DNA of 64,000 nt from an uncultured Pelagibacteraceae bacterium (GTDB taxonomy: Bacteria > Pseudomonadota > Alphaproteobacteria > Pelagibacterales > Pelagibacteraceae). A model generated the notes under the pieces. That model was given only the letters and a program-made list of their open reading frames with translations. It was not told the origin of the DNA and did not search any database. Both the position numbers and the translations under genes were made by a program. The stretch covers positions 1,685 through 65,684 of the forward strand of contig CACMHW010000005.1 in NCBI GenBank assembly GCA_902613545.1. The letters run 5' to 3'. Shown here one piece after another: positions 39,330 through 49,821 of this stretch (positions are counted from its first letter, which is position 1; every line of letters begins with the position of its first letter).

Positions 39330-40317
39330 TGCTAAAATTCTCTTTCAAAGTACAGACTGCAAGTGCAAATCTTAACGATCTATTCCAATTCAAAATTTTT
39401 TCATAATTATCAAAAATTATATAAGCTGGTGAAAAATTTTCAGATCCAGGAATTATATCTTTGTCTGGAATTATAATAGCAGCATTGATATTTTTACTTA
39501 TATTTAAATTTTCAAAATTTTTAATATACTTGCTAAAAAAGATACTTCTTTTTTTATTTTTTATATTTCTTGCAGAGGAATTTAAATATTTCTTTGGAAT
39601 ATTTTTTTCTAAATCAATTTTATAAAAACATGGTTGATTTTTCTTCCAACCAATTCTTTTTAAATAGTTAGCTGCTGACGCAAAAGAATCTTCTGTCTTT
39701 TTAAGCTCTATTGTCTCATTTTCATTATAATCAATAGCATAATTACGAATTGTCCTTGGCATAAATTGAAAATTACCAAACGCGCCTGCCCAAGATCCAT
39801 ACAAAATATCTTTATTTATTATTTTTTTATCAACCAACCTTAAAAGAATTAATAATTCTTCAGTAAAAAATTGACTTCTTCTTTTATCAAAACTTAATGT
39901 AGCAAGTGATGAAACGATATCCATTTTGCCTAGATATTTTCCAAAATTCGTCTCAATACCCATTAAGGCTAATAAAAGTTCTTTTTCTACTCCATATTCA
40001 TTTTCAATTTTATCGATAATATTCTTTTCTTTTTTGTAGAGTTTTAAACCATCATAAACTTTTTTCTTAGAGGTTCTTTTTTTTATATAAGTATACGTAT
40101 TTTCATAAAATTCAGGTTGGTATCGATCATATTCAATTACTTTAGGTAAAAATTTTGCATCAGACATCACATCTTCTACAACTTTCTTTGTGATACCAGA
40201 TTTAATTGCTTTTGTTTTGAAAGTATTTAACCAAATACTAAATTCATGCTCTTGTGCTTGAATTTCAGAAATTAAAAATATATTAAAAATAAAGATCAAT
40301 TTAATTAATTTTGACAT
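39319..40317 (-). CDS. Lytic murein transglycosylase (MltB/Slt35 family)
   Basis: QPEF, GIETNFG, GSWAGAFGNFQFMP, WNRS. Confidence 0.92.
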   Translation of the reverse strand: MSKLIKLIFIFNIFLISEIQAQEHEFSIWLNTFKTKAIKSGITKKVVEDVMSDAKFLPKVIEYDRYQPEFYENTYTYIKKRTSKKKVYDGLKLYKKEKNIIDKIENEYGVEKELLLALMGIETNFGKYLGKMDIVSSLATLSFDKRRSQFFTEELLILLRLVDKKIINKDILYGSWAGAFGNFQFMPRTIRNYAIDYNENETIELKKTEDSFASAANYLKRIGWKKNQPCFYKIDLEKNIPKKYLNSSARNIKNKKRSIFFSKYIKNFENLNISKNINAAIIIPDKDIIPGSENFSPAYIIFDNYEKILNWNRSLRFALAVCTLKENFSNEI

Positions 40318-40425
40318 TTTTTTTAATTAACATATTTAATATTTATGTACTAGCATAAGAAATTTTTTACTTATTTATTGTTATTTAATTGCTTTGATAG
40401 TAATAAATAGTGCTGTTTTAATGTA

Positions 40426-40515
40426 GGAGAGGTGGCTGAGCGGTTGAAAGCACTGGTCTTGAAAACCAGCAACGGGGCAACTCGTTCGTGGGTTCGAATC
40501 CCACCCTCTCCGCCA
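40426..40515 (+). tRNA. tRNA-Ser(TGA)
   Basis: GGAGAGG/CCTCTCC acceptor, CTGGT-CTTGAAA-ACCAG anticodon arm, long variable arm, GGTTCGAATCC, CCA. Confidence 0.97.
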
Positions 40516-40773
40516 TTAAATCCTAAAATTTTTAAAAATTTTTGAAATTGGATTTTTATCAATATCTCTCTCAATCTTATTGTGATTATAAAAATTTAAG
40601 ATTGTTTCATCATCAAATTTTAAAAAATTTTCTAGTTCATTTAAATTATTTAAGTCAAAGTCTTCAATATATTTTCTAACAAAAGCACTTAATAAAATAT
40701 CCATTTCTTTTGTACCTCTGTAGGAGGCTCTGTATAAAAGTTTTTTTTTAAAAATTTCTAATTCTTCATTCAC
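40516..40773 (-). CDS. sdhE: Succinate dehydrogenase assembly factor (SdhE/Sdh5)
   Basis: LLYRASYRGTKEMDILL. Confidence 0.9.
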   Translation of the reverse strand: MNEELEIFKKKLLYRASYRGTKEMDILLSAFVRKYIEDFDLNNLNELENFLKFDDETILNFYNHNKIERDIDKNPISKIFKNFRI

Positions 40774-40799
40774 AAAAATATAATATATACATTATTTAT

Positions 40800-42854
40800 A
40801 TGGGATTACTAAAAAAAAATTTTATTTTTCAAGATGTAAATGAATTAAAAGGAGTAGGAACCAAATTATCAAGATATCTTAAAAATAAGAAAATTGAAAA
40901 AATTAAAGATATTATACTTCATCTGCCATATTCTGAAACAGACAGGTCAAAAATTTCAGAATTAAACCAACTTGAAATAGGAAAAATACAAACCATAAAA
41001 GTTATTGTTAAAAAATTAAATTTTCCAAGAATAAGAAATCTACCAAATAGAATAATGTGCGAAGATGATACTGGTAAAATTGACATTATATATTTTAATA
41101 GTAGAGAGGGTTATCTAAGAAAAATTTTTCCGTTAAATGAAAAAGTTATAATAAGTGGCAAAGTCAACTTTTTTAGAAATAAGTATCAAATAACAAATCC
41201 AGATTATGTTACTTCGATTGATAACCAAGAATATGTAACTAAAAATATACCTAAATATAATCTTACAAAAGGTATAAATGAAAAAAAATACAGACAAATT
41301 AGTGAACAGGTAACGCAAAATTTACCAGTAATTGAAGATTGGTTAAGTGAAAAATTTATTAAGCAAAATAATTTATTAAATTGGAATGAGGCAATAAAAA
41401 AGTTGCACAACTCTGATCAAAGCAAAAATAACAAATCGAAAAGTTTTCGTAGAATTGTATTTGATGAGATCTGTGCAAATTTACTTACTTTATCTGAAAA
41501 CAGAAAAAGAATAAAAAAAGAAAAAAAAAATAAGATATTTAATGGAATCTTTGCAAAACGGATAATAAAACAACTTCCTTTTCAACTTACAAAAAGTCAA
41601 AAAAAAGTTTTAGATGAAATAAACATAGATCTTAAAAGTAACGAAAGAATGTTCAGAATAATTCAAGGCGATGTCGGATCAGGTAAAACTATTGTTTCTT
41701 TAATATCAATGGCGAATGTGATCGAAGCTAAATACCAATGTGCTTTGATGGGCCCTACAGAAATTCTATCTTTACAACATTATGAATTAGCAAAAAAAAT
41801 TTTTAAGAACAGTTCTGTTAAAGTTGAATTTTTATCAGGGAAAACAGATCCGATAAAAAAAAGAGAAATTCTTAGTGGCATTAAAAATGGTGAAATTAAT
41901 TTATTAATTGGTACACACGCATTATTTCAAAAAAAAATTAATTTTAAAAAGTTAGGATTTGTTGTAATTGATGAGCAACATAAATTTGGAGTCAAACAAA
42001 GATCTGAATTAGCCAAAAAAGGTGGAAGTAACTGCGATGTATTATTAATGTCAGCAACTCCCATACCTAGAACAATGATGATGTCTAATTATGGTGATAT
42101 GGATATATCTAAAATTACTGAAAAGCCAGCTCATAGAAAAAAAATAATTACATTAAGTAAGCCTGAAAAAAAAATACAAGAGTTGTGGCCTTTCATTAAA
42201 AAACAAGTAAATGAGGGAAATCAAATTTTTTGGGTATGCCCTTTGATTGATGAATCTCGATTTTTAGATTTTTCATCTGCTAAAAAAAAATTTGATTTAA
42301 TCAATAAAAAATTTCCAAATCTTGTTGGTTTAATTCACGGGTCTTTAAAAAAAGAAGAAAAAGAAAAAATAATAAAGTCTTTTTTAAACAAAAAAATATT
42401 TATTCTAGTTTCTACAACTGTTATCGAAGTGGGTATAGATTTCCCAAATGCAAATTTAATTATTATTGAAAATGCAAATAAATTTGGTCTTTCACAACTT
42501 CATCAATTAAGAGGTAGAGTTGGCAGAGGTACTAAGCAAGGTATATGTATGCTTCTTTTTAAAGAAGGTCTCAGTAAAAATGCAGTCAAAAGAATTAAAA
42601 TTTTAAAAAATTCAGATGATGGTTTTTATATTGCAGAAGAAGATTTGAAACTAAGAGGATTTGGGGACCTCACAGGATACCAACAAAGTGGACATAAGAA
42701 TTTTAAATTTGCTGATCCTGTAATTCATGAAGATTTATTTAAACTAGCTGAAAAACATGTTTTACAAACAGATAAATATTCCGATCAAAGTAAATATAAC
42801 TTTTTACTTAAATTATTTGATAAAGCCGAAATAATTAATGTTAAAGAATTTTAA
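40800..42854 (+). CDS. recG: ATP-dependent DNA helicase RecG
   Basis: QGDVGSGKT, DEQHKFGV, SATPIPRT, QLHQLRGRVGRG. Confidence 0.97.
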   Translation: MGLLKKNFIFQDVNELKGVGTKLSRYLKNKKIEKIKDIILHLPYSETDRSKISELNQLEIGKIQTIKVIVKKLNFPRIRNLPNRIMCEDDTGKIDIIYFNSREGYLRKIFPLNEKVIISGKVNFFRNKYQITNPDYVTSIDNQEYVTKNIPKYNLTKGINEKKYRQISEQVTQNLPVIEDWLSEKFIKQNNLLNWNEAIKKLHNSDQSKNNKSKSFRRIVFDEICANLLTLSENRKRIKKEKKNKIFNGIFAKRIIKQLPFQLTKSQKKVLDEINIDLKSNERMFRIIQGDVGSGKTIVSLISMANVIEAKYQCALMGPTEILSLQHYELAKKIFKNSSVKVEFLSGKTDPIKKREILSGIKNGEINLLIGTHALFQKKINFKKLGFVVIDEQHKFGVKQRSELAKKGGSNCDVLLMSATPIPRTMMMSNYGDMDISKITEKPAHRKKIITLSKPEKKIQELWPFIKKQVNEGNQIFWVCPLIDESRFLDFSSAKKKFDLINKKFPNLVGLIHGSLKKEEKEKIIKSFLNKKIFILVSTTVIEVGIDFPNANLIIIENANKFGLSQLHQLRGRVGRGTKQGICMLLFKEGLSKNAVKRIKILKNSDDGFYIAEEDLKLRGFGDLTGYQQSGHKNFKFADPVIHEDLFKLAEKHVLQTDKYSDQSKYNFLLKLFDKAEIINVKEF

Positions 42855-43465
42855 TTTATATTTGTTGTACCAGCTGATACGATAAATTTTGATGCTTGCT
42901 CAAATGAAACTTCCAAATAAATAAGATCTTTTTTAGGAACCATTAATAAAAAGCCGCTTGTAGGATTTGGTGTTGTGGGGACAAATACATTTATCAAATC
43001 TTGATTAATTTTATCTTTTATTATCCCTTCATTTTCTTTTGTAGCAAATCCCACTGCCCAAACTCCTTTACGAGGATATTCTAATAGAACAACACTTTTT
43101 TGTTTATTTTCAGATTTTGTAAAACTTTCGGTCATTTGACCGATGGCAGAATAAATAGTTCTCAATATAGGTATCTTTTTCAAAATATTATTGAATAATT
43201 CAAAAAATTTTTTTCCTAAAAAAGAAAGTGACAGCCATCCAACTATAGTAATAAATATTAAAGCAACAAGTATTTCAACACCTGGAATATTAAATGGTAA
43301 ATAATTATTAGGATTTATTTCTTTTGGAATAATATTACCGGAAATTCTGATAAAGAAAAGTGTCAAATATAGAGTTATTCCAATAGGTATTAAAACTACA
43401 ATGCCTGCTATGAAGTTGTTTCTTAATTTAGCAAATATTGATTTTTTTATACTTTTTTTTTCCAT
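42851..43465 (-). CDS. DUF502 membrane protein
   Basis: EYPRKG, VFVPTTPNPTSGF. Confidence 0.9.
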   Translation of the reverse strand: MEKKSIKKSIFAKLRNNFIAGIVVLIPIGITLYLTLFFIRISGNIIPKEINPNNYLPFNIPGVEILVALIFITIVGWLSLSFLGKKFFELFNNILKKIPILRTIYSAIGQMTESFTKSENKQKSVVLLEYPRKGVWAVGFATKENEGIIKDKINQDLINVFVPTTPNPTSGFLLMVPKKDLIYLEVSFEQASKFIVSAGTTNIN

Positions 43466-43556
43466 GATTAGGTGTAACTAGAATATATTATGAAAATTAT
43501 TATTAATATAAAAATTGCAATTAGTAATTTATTATTTAATATCATGAGTCTACAAA

Positions 43557-44390
43557 ATGTATAACATAAACAGAAGAAAATTTCTTGGCCTAATTAGTTG
43601 TGGATGTTGCTCAATAATTTTACCATCGTGCTCTACGGTTCCAATAACTGAAAGAAAGCAACTAAGTATTGTCTCAGAGTCAAGAATTAACCGACAAGCA
43701 GCAGCTGCTTACGAAAATTTTAGAGGGAAATCAAAGTTAATTACATCTGGTTCTGCATTAAATGAAATAAGAGAGATAGGTAAAAAGATGGAAAATTCAG
43801 TCAGTTCTTTTTTTCAAAGTCAAAATAAAGAAGATCCTACCAATAACTTTGCTTGGGACTATATACTAGTTGATAATGATAAAGTGGTAAACGCATGGTG
43901 TATGCCAGGTGGAAAAATAGCTGTTTATACGGGATTATTAAAAATTACAAAAAATACTGATGCTCTCTCAATTGTAATGGGTCATGAAATAGCTCACGCT
44001 GTTGCTAGACACTCATTAGAGAGAATGAGCCATGCTATGACTATTAATTTAGGAACTACGGTAGCAGATATTTTTTTAGGAGGAGCAATTAATAGAACAA
44101 GAAATACTGTAGGACAAAACACAGGTATGGATATTTTTCAGCTTGGTATCATGAATCCTTTTGGAAGGAAACAAGAGACAGAGGCAGATTATTTAGGCCT
44201 TATCTTCTCCTCTTTATCTGGATATGACATAAGAGAGTCTGTCAAATTATGGAAAAGAATGGCTGAAAAAAATAAAGGAAAAGAACCGCCAGTTTTTCTT
44301 AGCACTCATCCAAGCAGTAAAAAAAGAATAGAGAATTTAAATAATTGGATTAATGAAGTGATAATAAAATACCCACCAATTAAAATCTAA
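43557..44390 (+). CDS. M48-family metallopeptidase with Tat-like lipoprotein signal
   Basis: NRRKFL, LPSC, NAWCMPGG, HEIAH, ETEAD, STHP. Confidence 0.92.
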   Translation: MYNINRRKFLGLISCGCCSIILPSCSTVPITERKQLSIVSESRINRQAAAAYENFRGKSKLITSGSALNEIREIGKKMENSVSSFFQSQNKEDPTNNFAWDYILVDNDKVVNAWCMPGGKIAVYTGLLKITKNTDALSIVMGHEIAHAVARHSLERMSHAMTINLGTTVADIFLGGAINRTRNTVGQNTGMDIFQLGIMNPFGRKQETEADYLGLIFSSLSGYDIRESVKLWKRMAEKNKGKEPPVFLSTHPSSKKRIENLNNWINEVIIKYPPIKI

Positions 44391-44393
44391 TTT

Positions 44394-44469
44394 TGGTGAG
44401 CCCTGATGGACTCGAACCATCGACACCCTCCTTAAAAGGGAGGTGCTCTACCAACTGAGCTAAGGGCCC
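44394..44469 (-). tRNA. tRNA-Lys(TTT)
   Basis: Reverse strand GGGCCCTTAGCTCAGTTGGTAGAGCACCTCCCTTTTAAGGAGG...GGTTCGAGTCC...CACCA. Confidence 0.97.
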
Positions 44470-44514
44470 CTTTGAAACGACCTTTTATATACTAATTTAT
44501 AAAATTTCAAATAA

Positions 44515-45630
44515 TTAATTAAAAAATTTTATATACTTTTTATAAAAATTCCTAAATGTGCCTTTTTTAATATTTTTTCTAATTTCGCGCATAAATTGTT
44601 GGTAAAAATATATATTATGTAATGATATTAGCATTGATGCCAGCATTTCCTCTGATTTTATTAAATGGTTCAAATAGCTTTTAGAGTACTTGCTAAGATC
44701 TCTAATGTCGCATTCCTTATCTAAAGGCGTATTATCGTTTTTAAACTTAGAATTTTTAAGATTAAGTTTTCCCTCCCATGTAAATGCAAGACCAGTTCTT
44801 CCAGACCTAGTGGGTAATACACAATCAAACATATCTATACCCTCATTAACTGCTCCAAGTATGTCTGAAGGAGTTCCAACTCCCATTAAATATCTTGGTT
44901 TATTTTTGGGTAAAAAATTAGTGGTTTCATTTAAGATTCTAAACATATCTATCTGTTTTTCTCCAACGGCTAATCCACCCATAGCATATCCATCAAAATT
45001 TATTTCTAGCAACTTATTAATACTCTCAATTCTTAAATCTTTATATAGGCCTCCTTGAACAATACCAAATAATGCTTTGGATTTATTATTACCAAACTCA
45101 ATTTTACATCTTTTTGCCCATTTCGTAGAAGTATCAATAGCGCTAGAAATTATTTTTTTATCTTTTGTTAACTTCGGACATTCGTCTAAAACCATCATGA
45201 TATCAGAATTAATAGCCTTTTGTGCTTGAATACTTTTTTCTGGACTTAATATAATTTTTTTTCCATCTAAATGAGATTTAAAAATAGCCCCAATTTTTAC
45301 ATCAATCTTATTTAGTTTTGACAAAGACATAATTTGATAACCGCCAGAGTCTGTCAAAATTGGTTTATGCCAATTCATAAAATTGTGAAGACCACCAAAT
45401 TTTTTAAGATTTTCTATCCCTGGCCTTAAAAGTAAGTGGTAAGTATTACCTAAAATGATCTCTGATTTTGTTTTTAAAATATCATCAACAAAAATACCCT
45501 TGATAGTCCCTTGGGTTCCCACAGGCATAAAAGCTGGCGTTTCGATTAAACCTCTTGGAGTTTTAATCTTACCTAGTCTTGCATCATAATCTTGAGTGAT
45601 CAACTCAAAAGAAAATTCGTTGCTAGACAT
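44515..45630 (-). CDS. tgt: tRNA-guanine transglycosylase
   Basis: TPAFMPVGT, NTYHL, TDSGGYQ, GGLAVGE, DMFDCVLPTR. Confidence 0.96.
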   Translation of the reverse strand: MSSNEFSFELITQDYDARLGKIKTPRGLIETPAFMPVGTQGTIKGIFVDDILKTKSEIILGNTYHLLLRPGIENLKKFGGLHNFMNWHKPILTDSGGYQIMSLSKLNKIDVKIGAIFKSHLDGKKIILSPEKSIQAQKAINSDIMMVLDECPKLTKDKKIISSAIDTSTKWAKRCKIEFGNNKSKALFGIVQGGLYKDLRIESINKLLEINFDGYAMGGLAVGEKQIDMFRILNETTNFLPKNKPRYLMGVGTPSDILGAVNEGIDMFDCVLPTRSGRTGLAFTWEGKLNLKNSKFKNDNTPLDKECDIRDLSKYSKSYLNHLIKSEEMLASMLISLHNIYFYQQFMREIRKNIKKGTFRNFYKKYIKFFN

Positions 45631-45634
45631 TTTA

Positions 45635-46192
45635 TTATTTTGATCTTAAAGAAATAATCTTATCAGGATTTGGAACTGATCCAGATCTAGGATCACCTTT
45701 TTTTATCTTGTCGATAAATTCCATGCCTTTAATGACTTTTCCAAATGCTGAATACTGTCTGTCTAAGTGAGGTGCTGAGTCAAAACATATAAAAAATTGA
45801 CTATTGGCACTATCAGGATCTGCAGATCTAGCAGCTGATAATATTCCTCTTGTATGAGCAATATCAGTGAATTCTGCTTTTAAATTTGGTAAATCAGAAC
45901 CTCCCGTGCCTGCTAAAGAAAGATTAAAATCAGAACTATTTGAATTACCAAATTTTACGTCTCCTGTTTGGGCCATAAATCCTTCGATCACTCTATGAAA
46001 AACAACACCATCATATTTACCGCTATCAGCTAATTCTATAAATCTCTTTACATGATTAGGAGCTTTCTCAGGATATAGTTCTATATGAACATCTCCGTAG
46101 GTTAATTTTAAAATCATAATATTACCTTGAGCATTAAGTTTATTAGTTACTAAACTAAAAAAAAAAATAAATAAATAGATAAAATGTTTCAT
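45635..46192 (-). CDS. Cyclophilin-type peptidyl-prolyl isomerase, exported
   Basis: FHRVIEGFMAQTGD, SANSQFFI. Confidence 0.93.
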   Translation of the reverse strand: MKHFIYLFIFFFSLVTNKLNAQGNIMILKLTYGDVHIELYPEKAPNHVKRFIELADSGKYDGVVFHRVIEGFMAQTGDVKFGNSNSSDFNLSLAGTGGSDLPNLKAEFTDIAHTRGILSAARSADPDSANSQFFICFDSAPHLDRQYSAFGKVIKGMEFIDKIKKGDPRSGSVPNPDKIISLRSK

Positions 46193-46680
46193 AAAAATTT
46201 ATTTTTAAGCATTTTAACTGTATATCTTGTTACAAATCTATCAATATTACCACCTAAAATTGCAATTTCTTTTACAAATTTCGATGAAATAATTTGATTT
46301 TCTACATCTGACATAAGAAACATTGTTTCTATTTTTGAATTTAATTTTTTATTCATTCCGGCTAATTGAAATTCATATTCAAAGTCAGAAACTGCCCTTA
46401 AACCTCGGATTATAGCGTTAGCATTATATTTTTTACATAATTCTATAGTAAGGTTATCGAAAGAAATTACCTTAATTTTTTTTTTACTTAATTTTAAATC
46501 CTTGAAAAGAGAATTGTTAATTATATCCAAACGTTCATTTATCGAAAAAGAATAGTTTTTATCTGTATTATCGGTAGTTGCAATTATAAGTTTATCAAAA
46601 ATTTTAAGAGATTTTCTTATAACATCTATATGACCATTAGTTATAGGATCAAATGTTCCGGGATAAACTGCGGTTTTCAT
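46189..46680 (-). CDS. coaD: Phosphopantetheine adenylyltransferase
   Basis: YPGTFDPITNGH, RGLRAVSDFEYE. Confidence 0.97.
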   Translation of the reverse strand: MKTAVYPGTFDPITNGHIDVIRKSLKIFDKLIIATTDNTDKNYSFSINERLDIINNSLFKDLKLSKKKIKVISFDNLTIELCKKYNANAIIRGLRAVSDFEYEFQLAGMNKKLNSKIETMFLMSDVENQIISSKFVKEIAILGGNIDRFVTRYTVKMLKNKFL

Positions 46681-46683
46681 AAA

Positions 46684-49257
46684 TTACTTAATGTTATCTT
46701 CAATCTTAATTACAGATACAACTTTTTCCACACCTGATAATTTTTTAATTCTCACACCTTGGGTGTTTCTACCTGCTATTCGAATTTCTTTTACTGCACA
46801 TCTCATAATACTTCCTTTATCTGTTGATAAAATTATCTCATCTGAATTATTTACTACAAGTGATGATGAAATATTACCATTTCGAGGTGAATTAATAATT
46901 CCTATAATACCCTTACCTCCTCTATTTGTAACTCTATAATCGAGATAGGATGTTCTTTTACCATACCCGTTCTCAGTTACTGAAAGAATAAATCTGTCGT
47001 CTGCATCTTTGATATTTTTATCTTTAGCTAAATTTTTTATATTTATTTGTGTGTTATCTAATATAGATAAAGAAATAACTTTATCTTTGTCTTTTAGTTG
47101 AATGCCTTTGATTCCTTTTGAAGATCTTCCCTTAAATAATCTTAATTTTTTAGATTTAAATCTTATGCATTTTCCAAATTGAGTGCTTAATAATATATCT
47201 TGATCGTCTTTACAAATTTTTACTCCAATAATCTTATCATCTTGATCAAGTTTCATTGCTATTTTGCCACTGTTATTAATATTTATAAAATCTTCTAATG
47301 TATTTTTTCTAACATTTCCGTTTGCAGTAGCGAAAATTACCATAAGATTCTTCCACTCTGTTTCATCTTCTGGTAGCGGCATTATTGAACTGATGGCATG
47401 ATGACTTTTTAAAGGTAATATATTGAATATTGATTTACCTTTTGAAGCAGCTGTTCCTTCAGGTATTTTATGAGCCTTGATTTTGTATACCAGCCCTTGA
47501 GTTGAAAAAAATAAAACTGGAGTGTGAGTGTTCGCAGTAAAAATCTGCACCACAAAATCTTCATCTCTTGTAGAAATACCTGTCTTGCCCTTTCCACCCC
47601 TTTTCTGGGCTTTTAAGGAGCTCAATGGGCTTCTTTTAATATATCCTTGATTAGTGATGCTTATTACAACGGATTCTTTTTGAATAGTTTCTTCAATGTT
47701 ATAATTAAGAACTGCGTCTATAATTTTTGTTTTACGAGGAGATGAAAATTTATCTTTTATTACTTCTAGTTCTTCAATAATCAATTTATTAAGTTCTTTT
47801 TTAGAGTTAATAATTTTGTTGTATTCTATAATTAATTTAGCGAGTTTTGAAATTTCAGTTTCAATTTCACTAATACCATAAGCTGTCAATTTTTGAAGTC
47901 TTAATTCTAAAATAGCATTAACTTGAATTTCTGAAAGAGAATAGGTTGAAATATTTTTTTTCTTTTCTATTAGGTTAATTAATTTAGTGCTTTTCTTAAT
48001 TTTCCATTTCTTGGATAATAAGTTTTTTTTAGCAACTTCTGCGTCTTTAGAGTTTTTTATTATCTTAATAATCTCATCAATATTTTCAACTGCTGTTGCC
48101 AAACCAATTAAAATATGTGCTCTTTCTTCAGCTTTTTTTAAATCAAACTTAACCCTTTTAACTACAGTGTCTTCTCTAAATTTTAGAAATTCAGATATAA
48201 ATTCTTTAAGATTAAGTATTTTTGGTTTATTGTTAACAATAGCTAGTGTGTTAAACCCAAAGGAACTTTCTACATTTGTAAGTTTATACAATTGTCTCCT
48301 GATAGTCTCAGGTTCAACACCTTTTCTTAGTTCTATAACTACTCTTATACCTTCTCTATTTGACTCATCTCTAATATCTCTGATGCCTTCAATTTTTTTA
48401 TCTCTTACTAACTGAGCGATTTTTTCAATTAAAATAGATTTATTTACTTGATAAGGAATAGATTTTATAATTAAAGTTTCTCTTCCTCCTTTTTTTTCTT
48501 CTAAGTCAATTTCTCCTCTTATTTTAAATGAACCTCTACCTTTGTTATAGCCCTGTTTGATAATATCTTTACCAATTATTACTCCACCAGTTGGAAAGTC
48601 GGGACCTGGAACGTGTTTCATTAATTGAGAAATTGTAATATCCTTGTTATTTATAAAAGCTACTGTTGCATTAATTATCTCACCAAGGTTATGAGGTGGA
48701 ATACTAGTTGCCATACCAACTGCTATACCACCAGCGCCGTTTACAAGAATATTTGGAAATTGTGATGGTAAAACTTCTGGTTCTTTTTCAGTTTCATCGT
48801 AATTACTTCTAAAATTAACAGTATTTTTTTCTAAGTCCTCTGTTAAAAATTGAGCTATCCTACCTAACTTAGTTTCAGTGTATCTCATAGCCGCTGGAGG
48901 ATCTCCATCTATAGAACCAAAATTACCTTGACCAGAGATCAAAGGCAAACTCATAGAAAAATCTTGAACTAATCTTACTAATGCATCGTAAACTGATTGA
49001 TCTCCATGAGGATGATATTTACCGATCACGTCCCCAACAATTCTTGCAGATTTTCTAAAAGGTTTTGACCAATCGTATCCACCTTTATACATGGCATAAA
49101 TAATTCTTCTATGGACAGGTTTTAATCCGTCTCTCACGTCTGGAAGAGCTCTACTAACAATAACACTCATTGCGTAAGATAGATAAGATGAACTCATTTC
49201 ATCTTGTACAAATATAGGTTTAAAAGATTTATTTTTCTCTACAATATTTTTGTCCAT
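46684..49257 (-). CDS. gyrA: DNA gyrase subunit A
   Basis: RALPDVRDGLKPVHRR, YHPHGD, AAMRYTE, GyrA-box QKRGGKG. Confidence 0.97.
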   Translation of the reverse strand: MDKNIVEKNKSFKPIFVQDEMSSSYLSYAMSVIVSRALPDVRDGLKPVHRRIIYAMYKGGYDWSKPFRKSARIVGDVIGKYHPHGDQSVYDALVRLVQDFSMSLPLISGQGNFGSIDGDPPAAMRYTETKLGRIAQFLTEDLEKNTVNFRSNYDETEKEPEVLPSQFPNILVNGAGGIAVGMATSIPPHNLGEIINATVAFINNKDITISQLMKHVPGPDFPTGGVIIGKDIIKQGYNKGRGSFKIRGEIDLEEKKGGRETLIIKSIPYQVNKSILIEKIAQLVRDKKIEGIRDIRDESNREGIRVVIELRKGVEPETIRRQLYKLTNVESSFGFNTLAIVNNKPKILNLKEFISEFLKFREDTVVKRVKFDLKKAEERAHILIGLATAVENIDEIIKIIKNSKDAEVAKKNLLSKKWKIKKSTKLINLIEKKKNISTYSLSEIQVNAILELRLQKLTAYGISEIETEISKLAKLIIEYNKIINSKKELNKLIIEELEVIKDKFSSPRKTKIIDAVLNYNIEETIQKESVVISITNQGYIKRSPLSSLKAQKRGGKGKTGISTRDEDFVVQIFTANTHTPVLFFSTQGLVYKIKAHKIPEGTAASKGKSIFNILPLKSHHAISSIMPLPEDETEWKNLMVIFATANGNVRKNTLEDFININNSGKIAMKLDQDDKIIGVKICKDDQDILLSTQFGKCIRFKSKKLRLFKGRSSKGIKGIQLKDKDKVISLSILDNTQINIKNLAKDKNIKDADDRFILSVTENGYGKRTSYLDYRVTNRGGKGIIGIINSPRNGNISSSLVVNNSDEIILSTDKGSIMRCAVKEIRIAGRNTQGVRIKKLSGVEKVVSVIKIEDNIK

Positions 49258-49262
49258 GAAGT

Positions 49263-49721
49263 CTAAAACGGAATTTCGTCATCCAAATCAACATTATCTT
49301 GACTCAGATTATCGTTAGGTAATGAGCTCTTATTTTCGGAAACTAAATTAGAGTTATTGCTGCTATTTCTACTATCCAACATTGTTAAACTAGAATTATA
49401 ACCTTGTAAAACTACTTCAGTTGAATACTTATCTTGACCAGTAGCTTCATCTTTCCATTTTCTAGTACTTAATTGTCCTTCCACATACACATTAGCTCCT
49501 TTTTTTACGTACTGTTGAACTACATTCACAAGACCTTCATTAAAAATTACTACCCTATGCCACTCAGTTTTTTCTTTTCTCTCTCCACTAGATTTATCTT
49601 TCCATGATTGACTAGTGGCAATGCTTAATCTTGCAACACTTTTACCGTTCACCATTTGCTTGATTTCAGGGTCTGCGCCTAAACGACCTATTAATTGTAC
49701 TTTATTTAAACTTCCAGCCAT
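49263..49721 (-). CDS. ssb: Single-stranded DNA-binding protein
   Basis: NKVQLIGRLG, TEWHRVV, C-terminal DDEIPF. Confidence 0.98.
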   Translation of the reverse strand: MAGSLNKVQLIGRLGADPEIKQMVNGKSVARLSIATSQSWKDKSSGERKEKTEWHRVVIFNEGLVNVVQQYVKKGANVYVEGQLSTRKWKDEATGQDKYSTEVVLQGYNSSLTMLDSRNSSNNSNLVSENKSSLPNDNLSQDNVDLDDEIPF

Positions 49722-49821
49722 AATATTTTGAATATATTTTGATTTATTATTATTAAAAGTTCTTTATTTATATCATATTTAAAAAGTAAATATAAGATGA
49801 TAATTATTTAATAGGAAAAAA

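Noticed and set aside
49722-49821. LexA box between ssb and uvrA
   Set aside because: Only one GTTC half-site; no GTTC-N7-GTTC match
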